DNA of 64,000 nucleotides from Bacillota bacterium (GTDB taxonomy: Bacteria > Bacillota > Sulfobacillia > Sulfobacillales > Sulfobacillaceae), in the NCBI GenBank assembly GCA_021806205.1, contig JAJZXX010000254.1:7120-71119 (forward strand), written 5' to 3'. The translations under genes were made by a program, and so were the position numbers. Every line of letters begins with the position of its first letter. The first letter of the stretch is position 1. The notes below the pieces were generated by a model. It searched no databases, was not told where the DNA came from, and was given only the letters and a program-made list of their open reading frames with translations. Positions 27,260 to 37,183 of the stretch are shown piece after piece.

Positions 27260-29712
27260 GTACGACTGTCACAAAGCCGCGCACCGCCTTGTGGTCCGGC
27301 CAAAGCATTCCCCGCAAGGAAGATGAACGGCTCCTCAAAGGTCAGGGACGCTTTGCGGACGATATCCGGCGGCACCATGAAGCTTACGTCCATCTCCTGC
27401 GGTCGCCCTATGGGCACGCCCGCATTCTTTCGGTTGACGTGAGCGCGGCCGAAATGGCGCCGGGCGTCATCACCACTTTGACCGGGCGGGAAGTGCATGC
27501 GTTGCAAAAGCCCTTCATAGAAATCGCCCCTGCCCCGGGGGGTGCCATTGAGGACTACTGTTTGGCCGTCGACAAGGTTCGCTTTATGGGTGAACCCGTG
27601 GTCGCCATCTTGGCTGAGACGGCCGAAATGGCGCGGGATGCGGCCGATCTGGTGCAAATCGACTATGAACCCCTGGAGGCGGTGGTGCAGGCCGAAGACG
27701 CCGTCCGGGAGGATGCGCCCCGGCTGCACGAACAGGTCGGGTCTAATGTGGTGTGGCATGGGGTATACGACTACGGGTCCATTGACGCGGCCAAACAGGC
27801 GGCCGATCGGATTGTGAAAATTGATCGACTCCACTTTCACCGGTTTACCAGTACGCCGATCGAATGCAATGCAGGCCTGGTGGAATATGACCCGGGATCG
27901 GGGGAGTACACCTTTTGGTGCAACAATACTATGCCCCAGTTCGCGGCCATGTTTATGGGCCCGGCTCTGGACATTCCGACCGACCGGCTGCATTTTGTGA
28001 CCCAGGACATTGGAGGCTCTTTCGGCAACAAAATTACCACTTACATCTATTTGACAATTTGCGCTATCTTAGCGAAAAAGTCGGGTCGCCCGGTGCGCTG
28101 GACGGAATTTCGCACCGATCATATCCTCGGTGGATCCCATGGCAACGAACGGACCTTTCTTGATATTGTAGTGCCCGTACTGAATGACGGAACGATATTG
28201 GGCATTGAGGCCCGGGCCATCGATGACGCGGGGGCCTATCCCCGCTATGAGCCACTCGGAGCCGTGATTTGGTCGCAAGTGGTGTCGGGCGTCTATCAAT
28301 TCCGCAACGTGAAGGTGGATTACACTCAGGTAGTGACTAATAAGTGCCCGGTGGGGCCAAATCGTGGGTATTCCCGCATGCAGCATCTCTGGATGGTAGA
28401 GCGCATCATCGACATTGTGGCCCACGAACTCAATCTGGATGCGGTGGCCATTCGCAAGAAGAACTATATCAAGCCGGAGCAAATGCCCTATGAAACCCCC
28501 AACGGTTGCGTGTATGACTCCGGGGACTACCCCGGCAGTCTGGATGCCGCCCTAAAACTGATCCGCTATGAATACTGGCAGGATCGGAAACAGTCGACGC
28601 GGGGCAGCGGCAAGCTTATCGGCATCGGCATCGGCTCCACCTTGGATTCGGGTACCAATAACTTCGGCCAGGCTCGCATCATTAATCCGGACTTGCCATT
28701 CTCCGGCAACGGCGAAGTCTCTAACGTCAAGCTGGACTTGTACGGCGAAGTGGTGGTGACGATTGGCACCACGCCCCAGGGGCAAGGCCACGAAACTACG
28801 GCCGCCCAGGTGGTGGCGGATATTTTGGGACTGAATCCCGACCAAGTGCGGGTGTTGGTCGGCCACGACAATCGGCGCAATGTCTATACCGGTTTTTCCG
28901 GGACCTATGCCAGTCAATTTGCAGTGACTGGACTGGGCGCGGTCCGAGGCGCGAGCCTGAAGTTGAAAGAGGAATTGGTGACACTGGCTGCGGCTCTCCT
29001 GGAAGCGGACCCCGATGAGGTGATGCTGCGCGGCGGGACGGCTCTGGTTGACGGTGACGAGGGTCGGTCGATTCCGTTCATCGGATTGGCCAACATCGTT
29101 TTTGCGAACAATGCGATGATGCCGCCAAGCCTTGACGTATCGTTGAACTGCACCTACACCTATCGTCCACCATTTCAGCTTCCCGATGTCGAACGAAAGC
29201 AGGGCAACTTAACTTTGACCTATGCCAGCCAGATCCATGCCTGTGTGGTGGAAGTGGACGAGGAAACCGGAGAGACCAAGATTTTAGAGTATGCGTGCGT
29301 GGACGACTCTGGCGCCTTGATTCACCCGAAGATTGTCGAGGGCCAAGTGCATGGTGCGGCGGGACTTGGTATCGGCGCAGCGCTCTACGAATCCCTGGAT
29401 TATGATGCGGAGGGCCAGATGTTAAGTCCCAATTTCTTCGCGTATAAAGCGGTGACGGCTCTGGACGTACCCATGATGAAGACGGCCGCCATCGAGTCCC
29501 CTTCGCCCTTTAGCCCGAATGGAGCTAAAGGGATGGGGGAAGGTGGAGGAGCGCCCTTGCATGCGGTCTGTAGTGCCTTGCAAGATGTGATGCACCAATC
29601 AAGCCGGGCCCTTGTGGTTGATTCCTTTAACCCGAGTGAGCGGGTGTATCGTTTGCTCCACCAGGATGAACACGCCCCCAGGGGTGTCCAGGTCATCTCC
29701 AAGCCATCTTAG
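27256..29712 (+). CDS. Molybdenum hydroxylase, molybdopterin-binding large subunit
   Basis: GGSFGNK, PNRGYSR, QGQGHET, EGQVHG and KGMGEGG motifs. Confidence 0.92.
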   Translation: MSTTVTKPRTALWSGQSIPRKEDERLLKGQGRFADDIRRHHEAYVHLLRSPYGHARILSVDVSAAEMAPGVITTLTGREVHALQKPFIEIAPAPGGAIEDYCLAVDKVRFMGEPVVAILAETAEMARDAADLVQIDYEPLEAVVQAEDAVREDAPRLHEQVGSNVVWHGVYDYGSIDAAKQAADRIVKIDRLHFHRFTSTPIECNAGLVEYDPGSGEYTFWCNNTMPQFAAMFMGPALDIPTDRLHFVTQDIGGSFGNKITTYIYLTICAILAKKSGRPVRWTEFRTDHILGGSHGNERTFLDIVVPVLNDGTILGIEARAIDDAGAYPRYEPLGAVIWSQVVSGVYQFRNVKVDYTQVVTNKCPVGPNRGYSRMQHLWMVERIIDIVAHELNLDAVAIRKKNYIKPEQMPYETPNGCVYDSGDYPGSLDAALKLIRYEYWQDRKQSTRGSGKLIGIGIGSTLDSGTNNFGQARIINPDLPFSGNGEVSNVKLDLYGEVVVTIGTTPQGQGHETTAAQVVADILGLNPDQVRVLVGHDNRRNVYTGFSGTYASQFAVTGLGAVRGASLKLKEELVTLAAALLEADPDEVMLRGGTALVDGDEGRSIPFIGLANIVFANNAMMPPSLDVSLNCTYTYRPPFQLPDVERKQGNLTLTYASQIHACVVEVDEETGETKILEYACVDDSGALIHPKIVEGQVHGAAGLGIGAALYESLDYDAEGQMLSPNFFAYKAVTALDVPMMKTAAIESPSPFSPNGAKGMGEGGGAPLHAVCSALQDVMHQSSRALVVDSFNPSERVYRLLHQDEHAPRGVQVISKPS

Positions 29713-29724
29713 GGAGGGGTTCTT

Positions 29725-30480
29725 GTGCGGGTGTCCTATGATTTTCGCGAGAGTGTGGTGGTCGTCACCGGCGGCGGCCACGGGATTGGGGCGGGTCTTT
29801 GCCGCGCGGTGGCAAAAGCCGGGGGCACGGCGGTGTCGGCAGACATCGCCCCGGATGTGGCCCTTAATCAGTACGACGCACCCGGGCAGATCGACGTGAA
29901 GATGGTGGATGTCGGTCAAGCCGAAAGTCTGCAAGGACTTTTGCGGGACACGTTGGCAAGCTACGGCCAGATCGACGCGTTCGTACAGGCGGCCGCCATT
30001 CAGCCGCGCCAAGCCATTGAAGAGATGTCGCAAGAGACCTGGCATCGCGTGATGAACGTGAACTTGAACAGTCTGTTCTATGCGGGTCAAATTTTGATGC
30101 CGCACATGAAGTCTCGTCAGTCAGGCGCGATTGTCGCGTTTACCTCGGGTCTGGCTCAGACCGGGTGGGCGAAAGCTTCGGGATATGCCGCGACCAAGGC
30201 GGCTCTGATCGCCTTGGTCAAGTCGATGGCGAAAGAAGGGCTTCCTTACGGCGTGCGGGCCAATGTGATTGCCCCCGGCATCACCGACACGGACTTATTC
30301 ACGGGGCCAAACGACGACGGGGAACAGGAGTTTTTCCGGGTTCGCGGCGGTGGAGTCGGGACGGTGGACGAAGTGGTGCCCTTGCTCCTGTTTTTAATCG
30401 CGGATGCGTCCGAAAGCCTCACGGGTGCCCTTTTGAGCCGCGATTTGATTATTCATCCACCCCCTAGGAATGTACGCTAA
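29725..30480 (+). CDS. SDR family oxidoreductase
   Basis: TGGGHGIG and YAATK. Confidence 0.9.
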   Translation: MRVSYDFRESVVVVTGGGHGIGAGLCRAVAKAGGTAVSADIAPDVALNQYDAPGQIDVKMVDVGQAESLQGLLRDTLASYGQIDAFVQAAAIQPRQAIEEMSQETWHRVMNVNLNSLFYAGQILMPHMKSRQSGAIVAFTSGLAQTGWAKASGYAATKAALIALVKSMAKEGLPYGVRANVIAPGITDTDLFTGPNDDGEQEFFRVRGGGVGTVDEVVPLLLFLIADASESLTGALLSRDLIIHPPPRNVR

Positions 30481-30510
30481 GACAAAATCGGCCGAGGGGG
30501 AGAGGGTGTC

Positions 30511-32166
30511 GTGGGAAAGATGATGTCGGTATCGGTCGCGATAGTGGGGGCGGGACCCGTGGGCTTGGCTGCGGGTCTGGAACTGGCCCGGTTTGGTGTG
30601 CCCTTTCAGATCTTTGAAGAGGATCCGCGACTGTCCACCAAACCGAAAGCGGGCACGATCCTTCCGCGGTCGTTGGAGATCTTTGCCCAAGAGGGGGTTC
30701 TGGCAGGAATCTTGCGCGAAGGGCTTCGGTTTGACGAGGTACACTTTGTCGACCGGCCTCGGGATCAGGTGCTGATGCGCATGCTCATGAGTCCCATGGA
30801 GGAAGAAACCCGCTACCCCTTTATTGTCAACCTGCCCCAAAGCGACTTAGAAGGCTTTATGTACGAGGGACTCGTGTCGCGCGATGATCCGGTACGCTTT
30901 GAGCACCAGTTGGCCAGGCTGAGCCAGGATGAAGATGGCTGTCGCCTTTGGTTTGAGACACCTGACAGCGCTCTCGAAGTTCACGCCCGATTTGTACTGG
31001 CCTGTGATGGCGGAAAAAGTGTGATCCGTCATCAACTGGGGATCGAGATGGAGGGGGTGACCCACCCTGAACGATTCTTGGTGGCCGACTTTGAAGTGGA
31101 TTTGGATCGGCGAAACGGGAGGCCGTTGACCTACCTTTCCTATATTTTTGATCCGGAAGAGTGGGTGATTTTTGTCCGTCAGCCGAGATTCTGGCGTTTT
31201 TTGATTCCGGTTGGGCCGGGGGCACTCGAACCGACGGAAGCGATGGTGATGGAAAAGGTGCGACGGGTGGTGAAAAATGAGTCGCTGCCGATATCGTTCC
31301 TAGATATGGGTGTGTACCAGGTGCACCACCGCACGGCCAAGAGCTGGCAGGCGGGGCGCGTCTTCCTCCTCGGCGATGCGGCGCATCTCATTACCCCGGT
31401 AGGGGGGCTCGGAATGAACACGGGGATTCAAGACGCGAACAATCTGGCCTGGAAAATTGCCTTTGTGTTGCAATATCGTGCGGACAGGGGATTACTCACT
31501 TCGTACGAAAGCGAGCGGGCGCCCATCGCGCGTTTGAATGCGCGCAACCAGGCCGAACGCAACCGGGATGTCATGCGGATGAAAAGTCCTATGAAACGGG
31601 TGGGCCGCAATCTGGTGCTGGGGTGGATCGACCGGGCCCCCGGGCTCAAATGGCAGGCCGCCCACGCGCGGTCCTTGCTCGGTACCACGTACAAGCCGAA
31701 GACGAAATCTCCCTCGCTCTTCAAGCAAATTTTCGGTGTCCGACATTTTGTTCGCCCGCCTGTGGAAGTGGGAGATCGTATGCCCGACGGAGAGGTCTTC
31801 GGGCCAGATGGATCCCACCGCTATTTGCACGACCTGATTCAAACGGGTTTTGTAGCGATTATTCTGATGGATCCACGACTACGGCCGGCGGTAGACCCGG
31901 ACATTCCGGGGTTGACGCAATATGTGATGCATCGCTTTGACGCCGCGTTTGACACGGGGCTGCGCGAGCGGGCGTTGTTCGATAGAGGCGGACGCATTAC
32001 GGCGCTGTTCGGAGCGGATCAAAACCAGTTTATTCTGGTGCGACCGGATGCGCATGTTGCGGCGATCGGCGCTTTTGATGATGGGTCGAGTGCCATTCGC
32101 GCCTATCAAGCGTACATTCACCAACCATCGACCACCCCGAGCCGAGCGGGCCGGGCTGTATTGTGA
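30511..32166 (+). CDS. FAD-dependent aromatic monooxygenase (PHBH/MhpA-like group A)
   Basis: GAGPVG, ACDG, GDAAH..P.GG.GMNTGIQDA.NL.WK, and C-terminal VRPD.HV. Confidence 0.9.
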   Translation: MGKMMSVSVAIVGAGPVGLAAGLELARFGVPFQIFEEDPRLSTKPKAGTILPRSLEIFAQEGVLAGILREGLRFDEVHFVDRPRDQVLMRMLMSPMEEETRYPFIVNLPQSDLEGFMYEGLVSRDDPVRFEHQLARLSQDEDGCRLWFETPDSALEVHARFVLACDGGKSVIRHQLGIEMEGVTHPERFLVADFEVDLDRRNGRPLTYLSYIFDPEEWVIFVRQPRFWRFLIPVGPGALEPTEAMVMEKVRRVVKNESLPISFLDMGVYQVHHRTAKSWQAGRVFLLGDAAHLITPVGGLGMNTGIQDANNLAWKIAFVLQYRADRGLLTSYESERAPIARLNARNQAERNRDVMRMKSPMKRVGRNLVLGWIDRAPGLKWQAAHARSLLGTTYKPKTKSPSLFKQIFGVRHFVRPPVEVGDRMPDGEVFGPDGSHRYLHDLIQTGFVAIILMDPRLRPAVDPDIPGLTQYVMHRFDAAFDTGLRERALFDRGGRITALFGADQNQFILVRPDAHVAAIGAFDDGSSAIRAYQAYIHQPSTTPSRAGRAVL

Positions 32167-32182
32167 TAGGGGGAGGGATTTT

Positions 32183-32632
32183 ATGAAAATTACCGATCAA
32201 GGACAGTTTTCCGTTCAGGCGCAGACAGAACGCGTGATTCAGCTGATGACCGACCCAGACTTTTTGGGCCGAACGCTGCCAGACTCCAAGGGGTATCGGG
32301 TGACCAGTCCAACTTCGGTGGTGGCAGATATGAAGGTGGGGGTATCACATATCAAAGGCGTCATGCCGACCACGTTGACCATCCAGCCGGTTCATACGGG
32401 TGAGCCCGTCACTATTCGGGTGGTGGCTCAAGGTTTGGGCAGTCGTGTGGATATGGAGCTCGCCTTTAATATCAACGGTGTAAACGGGTCGACCGAACTG
32501 GACTGGTCGAGTACGGCCACGGTAAGCGGGGTGTTGGCTAGCGTGGGATCAGGACTGCTTCGCCCCATGGCTAAGCGCAATTTCGACGCTATCGTGGGGG
32601 CCATTCGGGACGCCATCGAGGCGGCGAGTTAA
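32183..32632 (+). CDS. coxG: CoxG/SRPBCC family protein
   Basis: TDPDFLGRTLP, KVGV and VSGVLASVGSGLL pattern; same operon as the Mo hydroxylase. Confidence 0.78.
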   Translation: MKITDQGQFSVQAQTERVIQLMTDPDFLGRTLPDSKGYRVTSPTSVVADMKVGVSHIKGVMPTTLTIQPVHTGEPVTIRVVAQGLGSRVDMELAFNINGVNGSTELDWSSTATVSGVLASVGSGLLRPMAKRNFDAIVGAIRDAIEAAS

Positions 32633-32695
32633 AAGAGAGTCGCAGCGAGTGCTTGTTTTCTTTGGGGCGTCATGCTTTTGGAAAGGGGTTCGTCG

Positions 32696-33493
32696 ATGCA
32701 ATCCCATCGTTTGGCCATCAGTGCCATATCGACCCAGGCGTGGTCGGCCATAGAGGATGCTTCCCGTTACGCCGCACTCAATATTCGGGGAATTGGACTC
32801 TTGCGGGAGAAGTTGACGGGGGTCAACCTTTCTTCCTATCGCCGGCTACTAGAAGAGCACCGTCTCACCGTCACCAACCTCTGTTTTGCCGGACAGTTTA
32901 CGCTCGGGGTAGACCAGGCGGTCGAGGACGGACGGCGGGCACTGGATGAGGCGTTTGCCATGGGTGCCCCTACCCTCTTGGTTATTAGCGGGCCACTGAG
33001 AAGCCGGGACATGAATCGAGCCCGGGGGATGGTGGCGGAAGGACTCGGTAGACTCGCGGAGAGCGCCGCCGATTGCGGGGTGACGCTTGCTTTGGAAGCC
33101 CTGCATCCCATGGACATGACCGCCTGGTCGATTATTCCTACGGTGGGCGTCGCGCTTGATATTCTGGACGAGGTGCGCCACTCCTCCATGGGACTGATGC
33201 TCGATCTCTACAACAGTTGGTGGGATCCCGGGCTCGAGGCGTCAATTCAGCGGGCCGGACCGCGCATTGTGTCGGTCCAACTCGCTGATTGGCGCAATCC
33301 GACCCGCAGTTTCACGGATCGAGCCATTCCCGGGACCGGTGTGGCGGATTTGGGCGGTTTGGTCCGAGCGGTTGAGGCTGCGGGCTATCAGGGCTTTTAC
33401 GATGTCGAGATCTTCTCGGATGAGATTTGGAAACGTCCCGACGATTACCCCGACATGCTGGAACAATGCCTCTTATGGTGGCAAGGAGTGTAG
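32696..33493 (+). CDS. Sugar phosphate isomerase/epimerase (xylose isomerase-like TIM barrel)
   Basis: LEALHP, LDLY, QLAD, PGTG and VEIFS motifs. Confidence 0.85.
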   Translation: MQSHRLAISAISTQAWSAIEDASRYAALNIRGIGLLREKLTGVNLSSYRRLLEEHRLTVTNLCFAGQFTLGVDQAVEDGRRALDEAFAMGAPTLLVISGPLRSRDMNRARGMVAEGLGRLAESAADCGVTLALEALHPMDMTAWSIIPTVGVALDILDEVRHSSMGLMLDLYNSWWDPGLEASIQRAGPRIVSVQLADWRNPTRSFTDRAIPGTGVADLGGLVRAVEAAGYQGFYDVEIFSDEIWKRPDDYPDMLEQCLLWWQGV

Positions 33494-33495
33494 AG

Positions 33496-35070
33496 ATGGC
33501 CAGCTATGATGCGATTATTATTGGCGCCGGCCATAACGGGCTTTGTAGCGCACTGGTGTTGGCGCGGGCGGGATTCAAGGTCTTGGTGCTTGAGGGCGGG
33601 CCCATCGCGGGTGGCGCGGCCAAGTCGGGTGCGTTGACGCTTCCGGGATTTGTCCATGATTATTATGCCAGCAACATCGGCCTCTTTTTAGGCTCCTCCC
33701 TCTATCGGGCGTTTGGGAAAGAACTTCATGCGGCGGGATTTCAGTTTGATGTGGCGAATCAGCCCTATGGGAGTGTGTTTCCCGGGGGACGGGGACTGCC
33801 TGTTTACATGGATCCCAAGGCCACCGAGGAATCTATCCGGGCGTTTTCTCTTAAAGACGTCAGCGCCTGGCACGCTCTGGTTGGGGAGTTTCAACAAGTT
33901 GCGCCGTACCTGTTCCCTTTATTGCAACGGCCCATTCCCTCGTGGGCGTTCGGTCGGGCGCTCTTTCGCATGGGGCGGCGCCTTGGCATGATGCGCACCC
34001 AAGAAGTGATCGCCCAGTTGCTCCAGTCGCCCCGGCAATTTGTGCAGGCGCGGTTTGAGTCGCCAGAGATGCAGGCCCTTCTCATTCCTTGGGGATACCA
34101 CTTGGACTTTGGTCCGGATGTGTCCGGCGGGGCGACTTTTCCCTACTTGGAATCCATGCAGGACTATTTGCACGGGATGGCCATCACCCATGGAGGGATT
34201 GGCCGTCTGATCGAGAGCATGGTCACGGTATTTGAATCCTTGGGTGGGGAGATGCGCTTGAATACCGCGGTGACGGAGGTCATGATGAGAAATGGGCGGG
34301 CGGTTGGCGTGCGAACCCAGGGCGGCGATGAAATTGCGGCAAAACGGGCCGTGGTGGCGAATGTTACGCCGCGCCGGCTGTTTGGCGGTTTGGTGGATGC
34401 AGGTGCTCTTCCAGCCTCGTTTTTCTCTAAGGTCCAAAAGTTTCGCTATGGACCCGGAACCATGATGGTTCACTTAGCGTTGTCGGGTCCCGTTCCGTGG
34501 ATGGCAAAATCTTTAGCGCGGTCGTTGTATGTGCATATAGCGCCCTATGTGGATGATGTGGCGCAAGCAGATATACAGGCGCGTTCCGGGTTTTTGCCGA
34601 AAAGCCCACTCTTGGTGGTGGGACAACAATCGTCATGGGATCTGTCCCGCGCTCCCCAAGACCGTGAGACTCTATGGATACAGGTGCGCTCGGTGCCGTA
34701 TCAACCCCAGGGCGATGCCTTGCACTCTATCGCGGTCGGGGGATGGGATGTCATTAAAGAAGCATACGCGGACCGGGTGCTGCAAAAGATTGGGGAGTAT
34801 GCCCCGGGCTTTCGATCCAAGATTCTGGCGCGAACGGTGTTCTCGCCCCTGGACTTGGAACGGGACAACCCCAATTTAGTCGGGGGCGATAGTGTGTCTG
34901 GCAGCCATCACTTGGACCAATTCTATTTGTTTCGCCCTTTTCCGGGATGGTCCCGCTATCGCACTCCCATTGCCGGCCTTTGGATGGTTGGGGCGTCAAC
35001 CTGGCCGGGAGGCGGATTGAACGCGACATCGGGATACTTGGCTGCCCAAGCGATACTGAAAAATGGGTAA
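33496..35070 (+). CDS. Phytoene dehydrogenase-like NAD(P)/FAD oxidoreductase
   Basis: GAGHNGL, SPLDLERDNPNLVGGD and YRTPI.GL..GASTWPG motifs. Confidence 0.88.
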   Translation: MASYDAIIIGAGHNGLCSALVLARAGFKVLVLEGGPIAGGAAKSGALTLPGFVHDYYASNIGLFLGSSLYRAFGKELHAAGFQFDVANQPYGSVFPGGRGLPVYMDPKATEESIRAFSLKDVSAWHALVGEFQQVAPYLFPLLQRPIPSWAFGRALFRMGRRLGMMRTQEVIAQLLQSPRQFVQARFESPEMQALLIPWGYHLDFGPDVSGGATFPYLESMQDYLHGMAITHGGIGRLIESMVTVFESLGGEMRLNTAVTEVMMRNGRAVGVRTQGGDEIAAKRAVVANVTPRRLFGGLVDAGALPASFFSKVQKFRYGPGTMMVHLALSGPVPWMAKSLARSLYVHIAPYVDDVAQADIQARSGFLPKSPLLVVGQQSSWDLSRAPQDRETLWIQVRSVPYQPQGDALHSIAVGGWDVIKEAYADRVLQKIGEYAPGFRSKILARTVFSPLDLERDNPNLVGGDSVSGSHHLDQFYLFRPFPGWSRYRTPIAGLWMVGASTWPGGGLNATSGYLAAQAILKNG

Positions 35071-35291
35071 GAGAGGACCAGAACTATCAAGACTAGGGGT
35101 GGGTCGTGAGGGAATTCAATTGGTCTCTCGTCAACACGGGATGCCGCCTGTCCAGCTGACCGGCATCTGGGATTGATGGCTCGTGCCTATTGTCGGAACA
35201 TGTGAACGGTAGATGGCGTTGACATGCCCTTTTGTATAGATTTTAGGTAGAGGTTGATCGATATGACACTGGGGCTATCAGACTGATTCGT

Positions 35292-36341
35292 CTAATTTTC
35301 GCCTGCGGGGGATGTGCGACCTACAGCGGTAATTTTTCGCCTCCGTTGGATATCGTTAAAGAAGACTGCCACAATAACCATTGCACCAACGGCCACGAGT
35401 TGCCAAAAACTTGCCAATCCCATGATCACGAAGCCATTTTCTAATACACTAATGATGAGTGCACCGATAACAGTGCCTCCGATGCTACCTTCGCCGCCTT
35501 GAAGAGTAGTGCCACCAATAACTGCGGCGGCAACGGCGACTAAGAGATATTGGCTGCCCGCCACAGGTGAAGCCGTTTCAAAATGGGCGGTAGACAGATA
35601 TCCGGCTAATCCGGCGCCTAATCCAGCCAAACCATATAACCAGGTCGTGTGCATAGCGGTATTTACCCCAGCTCGGATAACCGAATCATTGCTCGCGCCA
35701 TAAGCATAAACATACCGACCAAATCGCGTCCAACTGAGCACGATACCGTAGACGATAACGGTGACGATGGTCATCCACAAGAGCCAAGGTAGTCCAAATC
35801 CATTATTGCCCACCGCAAATAAAAATGGTGGAAAATTAGCGATGGGTAGTCCGTTGGAAATTAATTCGGCAATGCCTAAGAAAATTCCCATTGTGCCTAA
35901 GGTCACAATTAACGGGTTTAACCGCAACTTTGCAATAACGATTCCATTTATCATACCACCGCATAAGCCTACGGCCAATGCCACAGCAAGCCCAATTACC
36001 GATAGCATTATGCCCTGCCCGGTGTGGTAAAAATGGGACATAACAACTCCGGAAATCATTCCTGAAAGAGCAAGCATGGACCCAATTGATAAATCTATTC
36101 CTCCAGAGATAATCACCATCGTTTCGCCGAGTGCCAGCAACAAAAAGAGCGCGGTGCTAACCAGTATGCTCTGAGCACTAACCACAGTCAAAAATCCTGG
36201 AGCAACAATTCCAAACGCGATAACCAGGAGTAGGAGTATGCCGAAAATCCGAATGTTGCCCATCAAGTACGGGAAGTTTGCACCCAGACGTATTCTGAGT
36301 CTGATATTTGTGCTAGGATCAGAACTCTTTGGATGGAGCAT
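35292..36341 (-). CDS. Sugar ABC transporter permease (RbsC-like)
   Basis: GGIDLSIG and IGGTTLQGGEG motifs. Confidence 0.92.
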   Translation of the reverse strand: MLHPKSSDPSTNIRLRIRLGANFPYLMGNIRIFGILLLLVIAFGIVAPGFLTVVSAQSILVSTALFLLLALGETMVIISGGIDLSIGSMLALSGMISGVVMSHFYHTGQGIMLSVIGLAVALAVGLCGGMINGIVIAKLRLNPLIVTLGTMGIFLGIAELISNGLPIANFPPFLFAVGNNGFGLPWLLWMTIVTVIVYGIVLSWTRFGRYVYAYGASNDSVIRAGVNTAMHTTWLYGLAGLGAGLAGYLSTAHFETASPVAGSQYLLVAVAAAVIGGTTLQGGEGSIGGTVIGALIISVLENGFVIMGLASFWQLVAVGAMVIVAVFFNDIQRRRKITAVGRTSPAGEN

Positions 36342-36401
36342 TGTTATCGCCTCCTGGTCAATTGTGGTGCTTTGGTTCCTAGGATTTTTGCTTTATTACC
36401 A

Positions 36402-37151
36402 CTATACGGCTCTACGGGATCCCACCATGAAGGCCATGATTTCTTCTTGCGAAGTATCCTTTGGATCAGTCTGTGCCACGATTTGCCCTGCACGCATTAT
36501 GATGACTCGGTCAGCCATCTCCATCATCTGCGGAATATTGTGGGTTACCATGATGACCGTTTTGCCTTCCCGGACTACAGCCATAATGATTTGGTTGAAC
36601 GAATCGGTTTCCTTGGGGCCGAGTGCTGCCGTGGGTTCGTCCAGCAGCAGCACTGAGGCCTTGAAATGGATAGCTCTCGCCAACGCGACGGCTTGACGTT
36701 GACCTCCAGATAAACTACGCACCATAGTGTGAACGGATGGAATGTTAATGCGGACCTGGTCTAGTGTTTCCGTGGCCAGTCGAGCCATTTGTCGCTCGTC
36801 TAAAAAGGGAATGCCAAGAACACGGCGGACAAGTTCACGGCCTAAAAACATATTGGCATACACATTGAGGGTATCGGCCAAGGCTAGATCCTGGTAGAGA
36901 GACTCAATGCCTAGTTTACGGGCTGCGAAGGGCGATGCAATGTGAATGAGGTGATCATTGAGAAACAACGAGCCAGTATCGGGCAGGGTCACGCCGGACA
37001 AAATCTTCATAAAAGTTGACTTTCCGGCGCCATTATCCCCGATGATGGCGGTTAATCCAGGCCCAAATCGCGCAGAGACGTTCTGAAGCGCTCGGATCCC
37101 AGCGTAAGATTTGTTTACGTCCTCAATTCGCAGCACTGCCCCATTGTCCAT
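36402..37151 (-). CDS. Sugar ABC transporter ATP-binding protein (single domain)
   Basis: GDNGAGKST, LSGGQ and LLLDEPT; ATG 37151 with RBS GAGGAGG. Confidence 0.92.
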   Translation of the reverse strand: MDNGAVLRIEDVNKSYAGIRALQNVSARFGPGLTAIIGDNGAGKSTFMKILSGVTLPDTGSLFLNDHLIHIASPFAARKLGIESLYQDLALADTLNVYANMFLGRELVRRVLGIPFLDERQMARLATETLDQVRINIPSVHTMVRSLSGGQRQAVALARAIHFKASVLLLDEPTAALGPKETDSFNQIIMAVVREGKTVIMVTHNIPQMMEMADRVIIMRAGQIVAQTDPKDTSQEEIMAFMVGSRRAV

Positions 37152-37183
37152 GTGCGCGTCCCTCCTCGACTCTGATTTTAAGT

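Noticed and set aside
25879-29712. Aerobic CO dehydrogenase coxMSL call
   Set aside because: The large subunit lacks the AYxCSFR motif, and the context is aromatic catabolism.
33496-35070. Carotenoid biosynthesis (crtI) call
   Set aside because: No phytoene synthase or other crt genes nearby; it fits the broad phytoene-dehydrogenase-like oxidoreductase family.
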